Assembly: GCA_022340285.1 (NCBI GenBank) | Contig: JAJDOG010000094.1 | Location: forward strand, 33,046 to 97,045 | Reading direction: 5' to 3' | DNA from: Betaproteobacteria bacterium | GTDB taxonomy: Bacteria > Pseudomonadota > Gammaproteobacteria > Burkholderiales > SG8-39 | Length of the DNA stretch: 64,000 nt | Shown here: positions 1-8,575 of the stretch, one piece after another | Position numbering within the stretch: the stretch's first letter is position 1 | How the letters are laid out: each line of letters begins with the position of its first letter | Notes under the pieces: model-generated | The model's input: only the letters and a program-made list of their open reading frames with translations | What the model was told of the DNA's origin: nothing | Databases searched by the model: none | Translations under genes and position numbers: made by a program

Positions 1-1
1 G

Positions 2-391
2 GCGCTGGACGAGCATGCACACCTGACACACGCCGATCTGCGGCAGGTCGAGATTCCCCCATGCGACGCGATTGCGATCATCGATGTGCTGCACTACGTC
101 GACGCAGCGGACCAGGAAGCCGCGCTCGCCAAGTGCGCAACGGCGCTCGACGCGGATGGCGTCCTCCTGATGCGGGTCAACGATGCCGGCGCGGGCTGGC
201 GCTTCACGCTGACGCGGACCGTAGATCAGCTCGCCGCACTGGTGCGCGAGCGGACCTTGCCGCGCGTGCACTGCCGTCGGCTGGCCGACTGGATCGCGTT
301 GCTCGAGCGCCTTGGATTCGAGGTTCGGACCCAGTCGGCGAGTGCCGGCACCCCATTCACCAATTCATTACTTGTCGCGCGGCGAACCTGA
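2..391 (+). CDS. class I SAM-dependent methyltransferase, C-terminal part (5' end outside window)
   Basis: Frame open from the window edge. Translation ...AIAIIDVLHYVDAADQEAALAKCATALDADGVLLMRVND... looks like the distal half of a Rossmann-type methyltransferase. The stop lies 6 nt from the convergent kinase stop. Confidence 0.6.
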   Translation, partial: ALDEHAHLTHADLRQVEIPPCDAIAIIDVLHYVDAADQEAALAKCATALDADGVLLMRVNDAGAGWRFTLTRTVDQLAALVRERTLPRVHCRRLADWIALLERLGFEVRTQSASAGTPFTNSLLVARRT

Positions 392-397
392 TTCGTC

Positions 398-2308
398 TCA
401 CTGACCGGCTACCTTGAGGTCGTTGTTCACGCGCACGACGCCGGACACCTCGCCCGCGACCGTTCCGGCCAGATCCCGCTGCGCCTGCGTCGAGACCGTG
501 CCGGTCAGGGTGACCACGCCGCCCGAGACTTTCGCGGTGATCTGCTCCTTGTAGAGGTCGCGGTTGAACTGCAGCTTGGACGCGACCTTGATGTTGATGG
601 CCTCGTCGCGGAAGAAGCTCGGCTCGCGTGCAGGTTCCGCGGGCGGCGACCCCGCTGCCGCCCGCAATGTCGTGGCGGAGGCGGCCCTCGCCCGCTCGGC
701 TTCCGCGCGGGCGCGTGCCTCCGCGGCGAGTTGTGCGTCGCGCGCACGTTGCGCTTCGGTCTGCGGCGCGCGCGTGGTGGCAGATTCCTGCACAGGTGCA
801 CCAGGTCTGTTTTGCAGCGCGATCGCGCGTGCCCGCTCGGCATCGGCACGGGCCTGTGCTTCGGCGCGGGCCTGCGCCTCGGCGGCGCGGCGAGCGGCCG
901 CCTCGCGTTCGGCGCGTGCCTTCGCTTCGGCGGCGCGCGCTCGCGCCTCGGCTGCTGCGCGCTCGGCACGGGCTTTCGCCTCTGCCGCCTCGCGATCGGC
1001 TCGCGCCTGCGCCGCAGCGATCTGCTCCGCCTCGACCGTTTCGCGCTCCGAGCGTGCGACATCGCCCGTGGCATCGACGGACGGCGCCGGGGACGGAGGT
1101 TCCGGAAGCTCTGTGGTCCGTGTCACGACCGGTTCGGTCGGCAGTGCGACATTCTCGGGGGTCGGCGACTCCCGTCCGGAATGCCACGCGACCACGCCGA
1201 CGGCGACCGCAATCGCGGCGCCCGCTATGGCCCAGGCGACGCCGCCGGTCCGGGATCCCTGCGCGGGCGCAAGCGCGTCAGTCGACGTGGTCGGCGGAGT
1301 GCTGCGCGGCGGAAGCGTGCGTGGAGGCGGCGCAAGGTCGCTGCCGGTGGAACGCGGCACGGGGGTGCTCCCCCAGCCGCTGCCGCGCTCGGTCTGCCAG
1401 GACGGATGGCTCGGATCGAACACCCCGGCCGCGTGCGCAGGCTCGTCGAGGATCGTCTCTTCGGAGATCGTTGGACTTACCGGCGCGGCGTAGGCTTCCA
1501 GAATCGCGGCCTTGAATTCCGCGGCGCTCGCGTAGCGATCCTCCGGCACCTTGCTGAGTGCCCGGGCTACGACCGGGTCATAGCGCTCCAGATCGCGGTC
1601 GGGCGCGACCGAGGACGGTGGTGGCGGCGACTCGTAGCAAACCTTGTACGCAAGCTGCTCGGCGCTGCCGGTGAACGGACGCGTTCCGGTGATGAGCTGG
1701 TACAGCATGACGCCCGCAGCGAAGATGTCCGCGCGCCAGTCCACCGTGTCGCCCTTGTACTGTTCGGGGGCCATGTACCCTGGCGACCCCATCACGGCGC
1801 CCACCTGCGTCAGCGCGGAGGAGTCGATTCGTGCGATGCCGAAATCGGCGACTTTCAGCTTGCCGCTGTTCATGATGATGATGTTCGCGGGCTTGACGTC
1901 GCGGTGCCATACCCCCTGCTCATGCGCGTGCTCGAGCGCGTCGAGAAGCTGTGCCATGAGGCTCACCACGTCGCGCTCCTCGAAACGCGTCTCGCGGCTG
2001 AAGTATGTGCGCAGACTGTTGCCTTCGACGTACTCCATCGCGATGAACGCGATATCCTCGACCTCGCCGTAGTCGTAGACCGCGACGATGCCGGGATGTG
2101 AGAGGCGCCCGGCGGCGCGCGCCTCGTTCTTGAAACGGGCCATCACCGTGCCAGCGCGGTCGTCGTCCTCGACAAGCTCCCGGCGAATCGTCTTGATCGC
2201 TACCGTGCGCTGGATATCCGGATCGTGCGCCTTGTACACGACTCCCATCGCGCCCTTGCCGAGCACGTCGGTCACCTGGTATTTGCCGAGACGCTGTGGA
2301 TGGTTCAT
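398..2308 (-). CDS. membrane Ser/Thr protein kinase with Ala/Arg/Glu-rich periplasmic spacer and C-terminal BON domain
   Basis: Hanks motifs are visible (GKGAMGVVYKA, HRDVKPANI, DFGIA, SPGYMAPE). There is a single TM helix (about 1184-1246), a low-complexity ARAEAE tract (665-1048) and a BON-like tail (about 410-616). Track ORF 398..3466 is an upstream read-through. Start taken at ATG 2308 (MNHPQRLGKYQV); the alternative is ATG 2350. Confidence 0.85.
   Translation of the reverse strand: MNHPQRLGKYQVTDVLGKGAMGVVYKAHDPDIQRTVAIKTIRRELVEDDDRAGTVMARFKNEARAAGRLSHPGIVAVYDYGEVEDIAFIAMEYVEGNSLRTYFSRETRFEERDVVSLMAQLLDALEHAHEQGVWHRDVKPANIIIMNSGKLKVADFGIARIDSSALTQVGAVMGSPGYMAPEQYKGDTVDWRADIFAAGVMLYQLITGTRPFTGSAEQLAYKVCYESPPPPSSVAPDRDLERYDPVVARALSKVPEDRYASAAEFKAAILEAYAAPVSPTISEETILDEPAHAAGVFDPSHPSWQTERGSGWGSTPVPRSTGSDLAPPPRTLPPRSTPPTTSTDALAPAQGSRTGGVAWAIAGAAIAVAVGVVAWHSGRESPTPENVALPTEPVVTRTTELPEPPSPAPSVDATGDVARSERETVEAEQIAAAQARADREAAEAKARAERAAAEARARAAEAKARAEREAAARRAAEAQARAEAQARADAERARAIALQNRPGAPVQESATTRAPQTEAQRARDAQLAAEARARAEAERARAASATTLRAAAGSPPAEPAREPSFFRDEAINIKVASKLQFNRDLYKEQITAKVSGGVVTLTGTVSTQAQRDLAGTVAGEVSGVVRVNNDLKVAGQ
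665..1048 (-). repeat. low-complexity coding tract (AEAKARAERAAAEARARAAEAKARAE...), TolA-domain-II-like
   Basis: Reiterated GC-rich Ala/Arg/Glu codons inside the kinase gene. This tract also generates several spurious ORFs in other frames. Confidence 0.7.
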
Positions 2309-2500
2309 GAGGTACGAGCCGGTGGCGGCGAAGCGCGCCTCAAGTGGCATCACGAGTCGATGCCGCATTTGTAGCAGCGGGACCAACATGGCGCAAGCGA
2401 CGGAATTCCGGCGCTCGCCCCGCCGCCTTTCGCTGCACGCAGTGCGCGGGTGCGAGAAAATGGCCGCTTCCAGATCACTTCGGCTAGCGGGAGAACGGGC

Positions 2501-3352
2501 ATGACCATCAAGGAAATCGGCATCGTCGGCGCCGGCACCATGGGCAACGGCATCGCGCAGGCATTCGCGGTGAAGGGTTACGCGGTTTCGATGACCGACG
2601 TCGCGGATGCCGCGCTCGAGCGCGGCGTCGCGGCCATCGACGGCAGCCTCGAGCGTCTGGTCAAGAAGGACCGGCTCGCGGCGGCCGAAAAATCCGCCGC
2701 GCTCGCCCGCATCCGGACGTCGACCGACCTGGAATCGCTCAAGGGAGCGGATCTCGTCATCGAAGCGGCAACCGAGAACCTTTCGCTGAAGCTCGGCATC
2801 TTCGCCGAGCTCGACCGGGTCGCTTCGAAGCGTGCCGTCATCGCGAGCAACACGTCTTCGATTTCCATCACCCGGCTCGCCGCCGCGACGAAACGGCCGG
2901 ACAAGGTGATCGGCATGCACTTCTTCAATCCGGTCCCCGTCATGCAGCTTGTAGAGCTGATCCGCGGGCTGCAGACATCGGACGCGACGTATGCCGTCGC
3001 GGAGGAGGCGGCGCGCGCAATCGGCAAGGCGCCCATCAAGGTCCGCAACAGCCCGGGCTTCGTCGTGAACCGGATGCTGTGTCCGATGATCAACGAGGCC
3101 GTCTACACGCTGGCCGAGGGGCTCGCGACCGCGGAGGAGATCGACAGCGCGATGAAGCTCGGCGCGAATCACCCCATCGGTCCGCTCGCCCTTTGCGACC
3201 TGATCGGGCTCGACGTCGAGCTGGCAGTCATGAACGTGCTGTTCGAAGGGTTCAAGGACCCGAAATACCGCCCCGCGCCGCTGCTCGTGGAGATGGTCGA
3301 GGCCGGGTATCTCGGGCGCAAGACCGGGCGGGGATTCTTCACTTACGGCTAG
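2501..3352 (+). CDS. hbd: 3-hydroxybutyryl-CoA / 3-hydroxyacyl-CoA dehydrogenase (NAD-binding)
   Basis: MTIKEIGIVGAGTMGNGIAQ Rossmann N-terminus and the C-terminal 3HCDH domain (GFVVNRML, PIGPLALCDLIGLD). GGGAGA RBS lies 6 nt upstream of ATG 2501. Confidence 0.9.
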   Translation: MTIKEIGIVGAGTMGNGIAQAFAVKGYAVSMTDVADAALERGVAAIDGSLERLVKKDRLAAAEKSAALARIRTSTDLESLKGADLVIEAATENLSLKLGIFAELDRVASKRAVIASNTSSISITRLAAATKRPDKVIGMHFFNPVPVMQLVELIRGLQTSDATYAVAEEAARAIGKAPIKVRNSPGFVVNRMLCPMINEAVYTLAEGLATAEEIDSAMKLGANHPIGPLALCDLIGLDVELAVMNVLFEGFKDPKYRPAPLLVEMVEAGYLGRKTGRGFFTYG

Positions 3353-3519
3353 GGCCGCAGCCGTCTCGGGGCGGTTCGGGGGGCTTGCTAGGCAAAGCGG
3401 CTCGCGTTGGGGCACAATCCCCGCTCCCAGCCGCTCCCAAGAATGCGGCAGGTGCCGAGGGTCCACAGGCCCGCTCGTCTAGTTTCCGATCAGTACCGCA
3501 GTCGAGTTGAGGAGGGCGT

Positions 3520-5472
3520 ATGGCGGAAAGTCTCGACACGTTTCCGCGCTTGCTGTTGCACAACGCCAAGGTCCGTCCGGACCTGCCGGCGATTCGCGAG
3601 AAGGACCTGGGTATCTGGCAGAGCTGGACCTGGTCCGAGGTTGCCGCGGAAGTGCGCACGCTGGCTTGCGGTCTCGCCGCGCAGGGATTCAAGCGCGGCA
3701 TGACGATCGCTCTCATCGGCGACAACCGACCGCGCCTGTACTGGGGCGTGACCGCGGCCCAATGCCTCGGAGGCGTTCCCGTCCCCCTTTACCAGGACGC
3801 CGTCGCGGACGAATGGGTATTCGTCTTCCAGAATGCGGAGATCGCATTCGCGATCGCGGAGGATCAGGAACAGGTCGACAAGCTGCTCGAGATCATGCCG
3901 AAGTGCCCGCAGCTCAAGCACATCTACTTCGACGATCCGCGCGGATTGCGCCACTACGATCAGCCCGAGATCATGGGCTACGACGAGCTCCTCGAGCTCG
4001 GACGCGAGTTCGACCGCGCGCACCCCGATTACTTTCTCGCCGAGGTGGAGAAGGGCCGTCCCGAAGACATGGCGGCGTTGTTCTACACGTCCGGCACCAC
4101 CGGAAATCCGAAGGGGGTCGTGCACTCGAACAAGAACCTGATCACGACGGGCCGCATGGCGGCAGAGATCGAGGGCATCACCGAGAACGAGAACGTGCTC
4201 GCGTTCCTGCCGATGGCGTGGATCGGGCAGAACATGTTCTCGTACACCCAGGCGCTCATCTGCGGGTTCTGCGTGAACTGCCCGGAGTCCTCCGACACGG
4301 TGATGACCGATCTGCGCGAGATCGGACCGAGCTACTTCCTTGCCCCACCGAGCGTGTTCGAGCGCCTGCTCACCCAGGTGACGATCCGCATGGAGGACGC
4401 CAGTTGGCTTAAGCGCAAGATGTATCACTACTTCATGGGCGTCGCGAATCGCGTCGGCGGCAAGATCCTCGACGCGAAGGAGCCGATCGGGTTCTGGGAT
4501 CGCCTTCTCTACAAGATCGGCGACCTCTGCGTGTACGGCCCGTTGCGCAACGTGCTCGGGATGACCCGGATTCGCATCACCTACACCGGTGGCGAAGCGA
4601 TCGGGCCGGACCTCTTCAAGTTCTACCGCTCGATCGGGGTCAATCTGAAGCAGCTCTATGGCGCAACCGAGACCAGCGTGTTCGTCTGTGTGCAGCCCGA
4701 CGGCCAGGTGAAGCCCGACACGGTCGGCAAGACGGTCGGCAGCGTCCAGATCAAGATCGCCGATTCGGGCGAGATCCTGATCAAGACCCCGGGCCTCTTC
4801 GACGAGTACTACAAGAACCCCCAGGCCACCGCCGAGGCGAAGGACGCCGACGGCTGGTTCCACACCGGGGACGCAGGCTTCTTCGACGCCGACGAGCATC
4901 TCAAGATCCTCGACCGGGCGAAGGACGTGGGCAGGCTCAACGACGGCACGCTCTTCGCACCGAAGTACATAGAGAACAAGCTCAAGTTCTTCCCGTACAT
5001 CAAGGAGGCGGTCGCTTTCGGGCAGGGGCGCGACATGTGCTGCGCGTGCGTGAACATCGAGTTCGACGCGGTCGCAAACTGGGCCGAGCGACGCAATATT
5101 TCGTACTCGGGCTACACCGATCTTGCATCGCGCCCGGAGGTTTACGATCTCGTGCAGGACTGCGTCGAGCACGTGAACCGCGATCTGGCGGCCGACGAGA
5201 AGCTTGCCGGCAGCCAGATTCACCGCTTTCTCATCCTGCACAAGGAGCTCGACCCGGACGACGGCGAGATCACACGCACCCGCAAGGTGCGCCGCGGGTT
5301 CGTCGCGGAAAAGTACGCAACGCTGGTCGACGCGCTCTACTCGGGCAAGGGCGAGTGCTTCATCGAGACGCAGGTGAAGTTCGAGGACGGGCGAACCGGG
5401 ACCATTTCGGCGATCCTGCGCATCGTTGACGCGAAGCTCGCCTCGCCTGACGCCGCGAAGCGGGCCGCCTGA
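3520..5472 (+). CDS. AMP-dependent acyl-CoA synthetase (long-chain-fatty-acid--CoA ligase family)
   Basis: Canonical adenylation P-loop YTSGTTGNPKGV and a later TGD motif. GAGGAGGG RBS. First gene of the Liv-type transporter operon. Confidence 0.9.
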   Translation: MAESLDTFPRLLLHNAKVRPDLPAIREKDLGIWQSWTWSEVAAEVRTLACGLAAQGFKRGMTIALIGDNRPRLYWGVTAAQCLGGVPVPLYQDAVADEWVFVFQNAEIAFAIAEDQEQVDKLLEIMPKCPQLKHIYFDDPRGLRHYDQPEIMGYDELLELGREFDRAHPDYFLAEVEKGRPEDMAALFYTSGTTGNPKGVVHSNKNLITTGRMAAEIEGITENENVLAFLPMAWIGQNMFSYTQALICGFCVNCPESSDTVMTDLREIGPSYFLAPPSVFERLLTQVTIRMEDASWLKRKMYHYFMGVANRVGGKILDAKEPIGFWDRLLYKIGDLCVYGPLRNVLGMTRIRITYTGGEAIGPDLFKFYRSIGVNLKQLYGATETSVFVCVQPDGQVKPDTVGKTVGSVQIKIADSGEILIKTPGLFDEYYKNPQATAEAKDADGWFHTGDAGFFDADEHLKILDRAKDVGRLNDGTLFAPKYIENKLKFFPYIKEAVAFGQGRDMCCACVNIEFDAVANWAERRNISYSGYTDLASRPEVYDLVQDCVEHVNRDLAADEKLAGSQIHRFLILHKELDPDDGEITRTRKVRRGFVAEKYATLVDALYSGKGECFIETQVKFEDGRTGTISAILRIVDAKLASPDAAKRAA

Positions 5473-5483
5473 CGGCCGAGCGC

Positions 5484-6272
5484 ATGGAGCAAGTCCGAAA
5501 CATCGGCGAGCCGATCCTGGTCGTCGAGAACGTCTCACTGGCGTTCGGTGGCGTGAAGGCGCTGCAAGACGTGTCGTTCGACGTTTGCGAGCACGAGGTG
5601 CGCGCGATCATCGGCCCGAACGGCGCGGGCAAGAGCTCGATGCTCAACGTCGTCAACGGCGTGTATCACCCGCAGCAAGGTCACGTCACCTTCAAGGGCG
5701 TGCGGCGCCAGGACATGAACAGTCACGAAGCGGCCTCGATGGGCATCGCGCGCACCTTCCAGAACATCGCGCTGTTTCGCGGGATGACGGTGCTCGACAA
5801 CATCATGACCGGCCGCGCACTGAAGATGAAGACCAACTTCCTGCAGCAGGCCCTGTGGTGGGGCCCGGCGCGCCGCGACGAGATGCAGAACCGTCACAAG
5901 GTCGAGGAGGTGATCGACTTTCTCGAGATCCAGCACATCCGCAAGACGCCGGTCGGCCGGCTGCCCTACGGCCTGCAGAAGCGCGTGGAGCTCGCCCGGG
6001 CGCTCGCAGCCGAACCCGAGGTGCTGCTGCTCGACGAGCCGATGGCAGGCATGAACCTCGAGGAGAAGCAGGACATGTGCCGCTACGTCCTCGACGTGAA
6101 CGACCAGTTCGGCACCACGATCGTGCTGATCGAGCACGACATGGGGGTCGTCATGGACATCTCCGACCGGGTGGTGGTGCTCGACTACGGCCAGAAGATC
6201 GCGGACGGCACGCCCGACGTGGTGCGCGCCGACAAGAAGGTCATCGACGCCTATCTCGGCGTCACTCACTAA
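5484..6272 (+). CDS. ABC transporter ATP-binding protein, LivG-like
   Basis: Walker A GPNGAGKSS, signature YGLQKRVELARAL, Walker B LLLDEPMAG. Confidence 0.9.
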   Translation: MEQVRNIGEPILVVENVSLAFGGVKALQDVSFDVCEHEVRAIIGPNGAGKSSMLNVVNGVYHPQQGHVTFKGVRRQDMNSHEAASMGIARTFQNIALFRGMTVLDNIMTGRALKMKTNFLQQALWWGPARRDEMQNRHKVEEVIDFLEIQHIRKTPVGRLPYGLQKRVELARALAAEPEVLLLDEPMAGMNLEEKQDMCRYVLDVNDQFGTTIVLIEHDMGVVMDISDRVVVLDYGQKIADGTPDVVRADKKVIDAYLGVTH

Positions 6273-6346
6273 CAGAGGCAGTTGAACGATGCGAGCCGTG
6301 GCGACTCTGCGTGACGAATCTAGCGTGCAAGGCAAACCCCGGTCGC

Positions 6347-6418
6347 ACGAACAAGGGGGGACGCCCCCTTGTATATCCCCCGGAACGAACAAGGGGCAAG
6401 CCCCTGGTAGATCCCCTC
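6347..6418. repeat. two tandem ~37-nt hairpin repeats in the livG-like/livH-like spacer
   Basis: Unit 1 is ACGAACAAGGGGGGACGCCCCCTTGTATATCCCCC. Unit 2 is ACGAACAAGGGGCAAGCCCCTGGTAGATCCCCT. Each unit has a G/C stem-loop; the first stem is 8 bp (6352-6371). Confidence 0.7.
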
Positions 6419-6472
6419 GCGCGCGTGCGCAGAGTTCTTCAACACCCAGGTAGCGTCCCGAACGGAGCCATC

Positions 6473-7366
6473 ATGCAATTCTTCTTCGAGGTGCTGATCG
6501 GCGGACTGCTGGCGGGCATCATGTACTCGCTCGTCGCACTCGGCTTCGTGCTGATCTACAAGGCGTCCGGGGTCTTCAATTTCGCCCAGGGCGCAATGGT
6601 CTTCTTCGCCGCGTTGACGGTGGTGGGCTTCATGGAGCAGGGGGCGCCGTTGCCGCTGGCGATCGGCCTTTGCCTGATCGTGATGATCCTGCTCGGCGTC
6701 GCCACCGAGCGCATCGTGCTGCGCCCACTCGTGAACCAGCCGCAGATCACGCTCTTCATGGCGACCATCGGCCTTGCTTTCTTCGTGGAGGGGCTCGCGC
6801 AGGGTCTGTGGGGCGCGCAGGTGCACGCGCTCGACATCGGCATTCCAGACACCCCCATCGAGTCGCTCATGGACAAGACCGGGATGCTCATCAGCCAGTT
6901 CGACCTCATCGCCGCGCTGATCTGCGCCGTGCTGGTGACATTGCTGGCGGTCTTCTTCAACAAGACGCGCATCGGCCGCGCGTTGCGGGCGGTGGCGGAC
7001 GATCACCAGGCCGCGCTGGCGGTGGGGATCCCGCTCAAGCAGATCTGGGCGATCGTCTGGGCCGTCGCAGGCTTCGTGGCGCTGGTCGCGGGATTGCTCT
7101 GGGGCGCGCGCAACGGCGTGCAATTTGCGCTGACGTTCGTGGCGCTCAAGGCACTGCCGGTGCTGATCCTCGGCGGGTTCGAATCCATCGCGGGAGCGAT
7201 CGTCGGGGGGCTGATCGTCGGTTCCTCGGAGAAGCTTGCCGAGGTGTTCCTGGGCCCGTACGTCGGCGGCGGCATCGAGGGCTGGTTCGCGTACGTCGTG
7301 GCACTTCTGTTCCTGCTGGTGCGGCCGCAAGGCCTGTTCGGCGAGAAGATCATCGAAAGAGTGTGA
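6473..7366 (+). CDS. branched-chain-amino-acid-type ABC permease, LivH-like
   Basis: Polytopic membrane protein (MQFFFEVLIGGLLAGIMYSLVALGFVLIY...). Track ORF 5426..7366 is over-extended; ATG 6473 is in the same frame. Confidence 0.9.
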   Translation: MQFFFEVLIGGLLAGIMYSLVALGFVLIYKASGVFNFAQGAMVFFAALTVVGFMEQGAPLPLAIGLCLIVMILLGVATERIVLRPLVNQPQITLFMATIGLAFFVEGLAQGLWGAQVHALDIGIPDTPIESLMDKTGMLISQFDLIAALICAVLVTLLAVFFNKTRIGRALRAVADDHQAALAVGIPLKQIWAIVWAVAGFVALVAGLLWGARNGVQFALTFVALKALPVLILGGFESIAGAIVGGLIVGSSEKLAEVFLGPYVGGGIEGWFAYVVALLFLLVRPQGLFGEKIIERV

Positions 7367-7376
7367 CGCGCAAGCC

Positions 7377-8453
7377 ATGCTTTACCGCGAAACCGGCCAG
7401 TTCAAGACCAGCTACGCCGCCGATCAGCAGATCTTTCCGCTGCGGCAGGACCGGATCGGCGTGGTCGCCACACTGCTCGTCGCCTTTATCGTGGTTCCCC
7501 TCGTGGCCAACGAGTACTGGCTCGAGGCGATCCTGATCCCCTTCCTGGTCTTCTCCCTTGCCGCGCTCGGATTGAATATCCTGACGGGATACGCGGGCCA
7601 GCTCTCGCTCGGGACGGCGGCTTTCATGGCGGTCGGCGCGTTCGGCGCCTACAATTTCGAGCTGCGCCTCGAGTGGATGCCGATCCTTGGAAGCTTCGCG
7701 CTGGGAGGGGTCTGCGCGGCGTTCGTGGGCATTCTCTTCGGGCTGCCGAGCCTGCGCATCAAGGGGTTTTACCTGGCGGTCGCGACGCTCGCCGCGCAGT
7801 TCTTCGTGGTCTGGGCGCTCACGCACTTCAACTGGTTCTCGAACTACAGCGCCTCGGGCGTGATCACCGCGCAACGCATCGAGATCTTCGGTTTCTATTT
7901 CCTGACGGGCCAGAGCAAGTACTTACTCGTCCTCGCGATCGTGACTCTCCTGGCGCTTGCCGCGAAGAACATGGTGCGCAGCGAGACCGGCCGGGCGTGG
8001 ATGGCGGTGCGCGACTTCGACGTCGCGGCCGCGGTGATTGGCATCCCCGTCATGCGAACCAAGCTCCTCGCTTTCGCGGTGAGCTCGTTCTATTGCGGCG
8101 TGGCGGGGGCGCTCTATGCGTACGCCTACCTCGGGACCGTCGAGCCGGACGGGTTCAATCTCGATCTCTCGTTCCGGATCCTCTTCATGATCATCATCGG
8201 CGGGGTGGGGTCGATACTCGGGTCGTTCCTGGGCGCTGCCTTCATCGTGCTCTTTCCCATCCTGCTGAACCGCTTTGCGGAGCCCTTCGCGAACGCGATC
8301 GGGATCGACCTGCCGTCGGGGATGTCGTCGAATCTCGAGCTCATCATCTTCGGCGGGCTGATCATCTTCTTCCTGGCCGTGGAGCCCCTCGGGCTCGCGC
8401 GGCTGTGGCAGGTCGCCAAGGAGAAACTGCGTCTCTGGCCGTTCCCGCATTGA
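7377..8453 (+). CDS. branched-chain-amino-acid-type ABC permease, LivM-like
   Basis: MLYRETGQFKTSYAADQ... followed by LNILTGYAGQLSLG, typical of LivM-family permeases. Starts 10 nt after the previous stop. Confidence 0.9.
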   Translation: MLYRETGQFKTSYAADQQIFPLRQDRIGVVATLLVAFIVVPLVANEYWLEAILIPFLVFSLAALGLNILTGYAGQLSLGTAAFMAVGAFGAYNFELRLEWMPILGSFALGGVCAAFVGILFGLPSLRIKGFYLAVATLAAQFFVVWALTHFNWFSNYSASGVITAQRIEIFGFYFLTGQSKYLLVLAIVTLLALAAKNMVRSETGRAWMAVRDFDVAAAVIGIPVMRTKLLAFAVSSFYCGVAGALYAYAYLGTVEPDGFNLDLSFRILFMIIIGGVGSILGSFLGAAFIVLFPILLNRFAEPFANAIGIDLPSGMSSNLELIIFGGLIIFFLAVEPLGLARLWQVAKEKLRLWPFPH

Positions 8454-8575
8454 TTTCGTGGCGTTTTGAGTTCACCCCGTGATTCGGGTAGACTGGCCGC
8501 ACTAACCCCCGGATAAGTCTGAACAAGCAGGTCAAAACAGGGGGTTTTTCCCACCGCGTAACAGAGGAGAGAAAC

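Noticed and set aside
391-398. Convergent methyltransferase and kinase genes with stops only 6 nt apart and no terminator
   Set aside because: This is a real observation but common in compact GC-rich genomes. Nothing further can be inferred from the sequence alone.
357-2101. Several 190-456-aa ORFs on both strands (357..1187, 505..1074, 564..1493, 628..1515, 731..2101)
   Set aside because: These are alternate-frame or antisense readings of the kinase gene and its GC-rich Ala/Arg/Glu repeat. Their compositions are typical of high-GC shadow ORFs (Arg/Ala/Pro/Gly-rich) and carry no motifs.
398-3466. 1022-aa ORF suggesting a much larger kinase
   Set aside because: The N-terminal ~385 residues are Arg/Asp/Gly-rich nonsense read antisense to the hbd gene (2501..3352). 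Real kinase similarity begins at MNHPQRLGKYQV (ATG 2308).
3490-5538. 682-aa minus-strand ORF
   Set aside because: It is antisense to the acyl-CoA synthetase gene, which has unambiguous AMP-binding motifs. This is a shadow ORF.
8504-8550. AACCCCC ... GGGGGTTTTT possible intrinsic terminator between the livM-like and SBP genes
   Set aside because: The 7-bp stem encloses a ~29-nt loop with little internal pairing, which is too weak to call a terminator. It may still modulate expression.
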